Assembly (NCBI GenBank): GCA_963666345.1
Contig: OY762721.1
Span: 2,976,001-3,040,000, forward strand
Source: Desulfatiglandales bacterium
GTDB lineage: Bacteria > Desulfobacterota > DSM-4660 > Desulfatiglandales > Desulfatiglandaceae
Direction of reading: 5' to 3'
DNA: 64,000 bases
The notes under the pieces are model-generated. The model worked only from the letters and a program-made list of their open reading frames with translations, was not told the origin of the DNA and did no database searches. Positions 63,121 to 64,000 of this stretch are shown here, piece by piece. A program made the translations under genes and the position numbers. The stretch's first letter is position 1. Each line of letters opens with the position of its first letter.

Positions 63121-63278
63121 TAGTTTCCATCCAGAAATGGATCATTTCTGGATGTTGCCTTCAGCCGTCAGCTATCAGTAAGTAGCCAACAAATTGATAT
63201 CTCAAGTGTTTTACTGACTGCTGAGAGCTGATTGCTGACAGCATGAATCCGTAAATCTTGATTTATGGATGAGCACTA
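63121..63278. repeat. REPIN/MITE-like element with hairpin termini and inverted 7-bp repeats
   Basis: Left TAGTTTCCATCCAGAAAT versus reverse complement of right end TAGTGCTCATCCATAAAT; each end forms its own hairpin; internal TCAGCCG/TCAGCTA versus GCTGA.. runs. Confidence 0.7.
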
Positions 63279-64000
63279 AATAAGCATAAGCGGGATATAC
63301 ATCTCGGATCTGCTGAGACCTCCGTGGACCCCGATATTTTGATTGAAGGTTCCGTCTTTCTGCCGGATGTTTATGGTTGAAGGCCTGAAAGGAATGCCCA
63401 TGAAGGACCCGATGCGTTCCTTCATGATCGGCGAAAGGGGCCCAGGGCCGAAAAGTTCGAGCCCTTCTATCTGATCATTTGCCAGGAGCAGGAACGAGTC
63501 CCCGAAGCGGGCCTTAAACTCCGAATAAAAACGCGCGTCTTCCCCTTTTATCGTGTGAAATATGGGTACGGAAGGCTCTCCTGTCGGAATGCATCTAAGG
63601 TATGAGAGTAGAGTATCCTCCCTTTCAAGATCAAACCTCCTGTCTTCAGGCACGGTGATCTGGCCGTGATCGGCGCTTATGACGATTCTTGCCTTATCTG
63701 CAAGGGAATCGGCTGTTTTTAAAAGATACCTGTCAATGCTAAGGAGCAGATTGCGCGCCGCTTCACTGTAAGGGCCCTTTATATGAGAAAGGTGATCAAG
63801 ATGCGGCAGGTAGAGGTAGGTTATGCTCGGGGCATCGGATGAAAGGACCGAAGATGCGAGCAGTTCAAAGGCGTTTTCCAGGTCCCGGTAGCCCCTGCGG
63901 CGGTTTCCGCCGCCGGCATACATGGCATAGGTCGAATCAACTATGTCTTCAGGCATGATGTTGAGACTGTTGAACGTGATATCCTTCCAGAAACTGGGGA
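63276..64000 (-). CDS. Alkaline phosphatase / nucleotide pyrophosphatase superfamily protein; 5'-truncated by window edge
   Basis: YLYLPHLDHLSH.KGP, ISADHG, GVHGGLS..EM.IPL; frame open to the window end. Confidence 0.88.
   Translation of the reverse strand, partial: PSFWKDITFNSLNIMPEDIVDSTYAMYAGGGNRRRGYRDLENAFELLASSVLSSDAPSITYLYLPHLDHLSHIKGPYSEAARNLLLSIDRYLLKTADSLADKARIVISADHGQITVPEDRRFDLEREDTLLSYLRCIPTGEPSVPIFHTIKGEDARFYSEFKARFGDSFLLLANDQIEGLELFGPGPLSPIMKERIGSFMGIPFRPSTINIRQKDGTFNQNIGVHGGLSRSEMYIPLMLI

Overview
Bacterial chromosome segment whose gene content resembles an anaerobic Desulfobacterota (deltaproteobacterial) genome; the taxon is inferred, not shown. (1) 1-10.8 kb looks like the right part of a genomic island. 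It ends in a duplicated tRNA 3' end (att site, 10762-10789) and carries a Toprim/PriCT/ATPase replication protein with an adjacent ori-like inverted repeat, its own HU and IHF genes, and a co-oriented run of signal-transduction genes. Most of those genes are followed directly by a copy of a degenerate ~55-65 bp repeat, which gives a cassette-like array and is the most unusual signal in the window. (2) 11-26 kb holds signalling genes (a Cache/HAMP hybrid kinase broken by a 41-bp locally templated insertion, two HD-GYP proteins) and two orphan, catalytically divergent Sdh/Frd-type flavoproteins. (3) 26-64 kb is mostly housekeeping: tRNA-Lys, tRNA-Arg, rplM-rpsI-truA, amrS, cooC, serC, asnS, an ars cluster, a sigma54 two-component pair, hisC-cmk-rpsA-sppA, ihfB, SRP RNA, NrdR-boxed nrdDG, feoAB with DtxR, amrB and an amino-acid ABC transporter. 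Several small inverted-repeat elements are scattered through this part, two containing decayed four-helix-bundle genes. All calls come from reading the sequence and the ORF track; no database searches were run.
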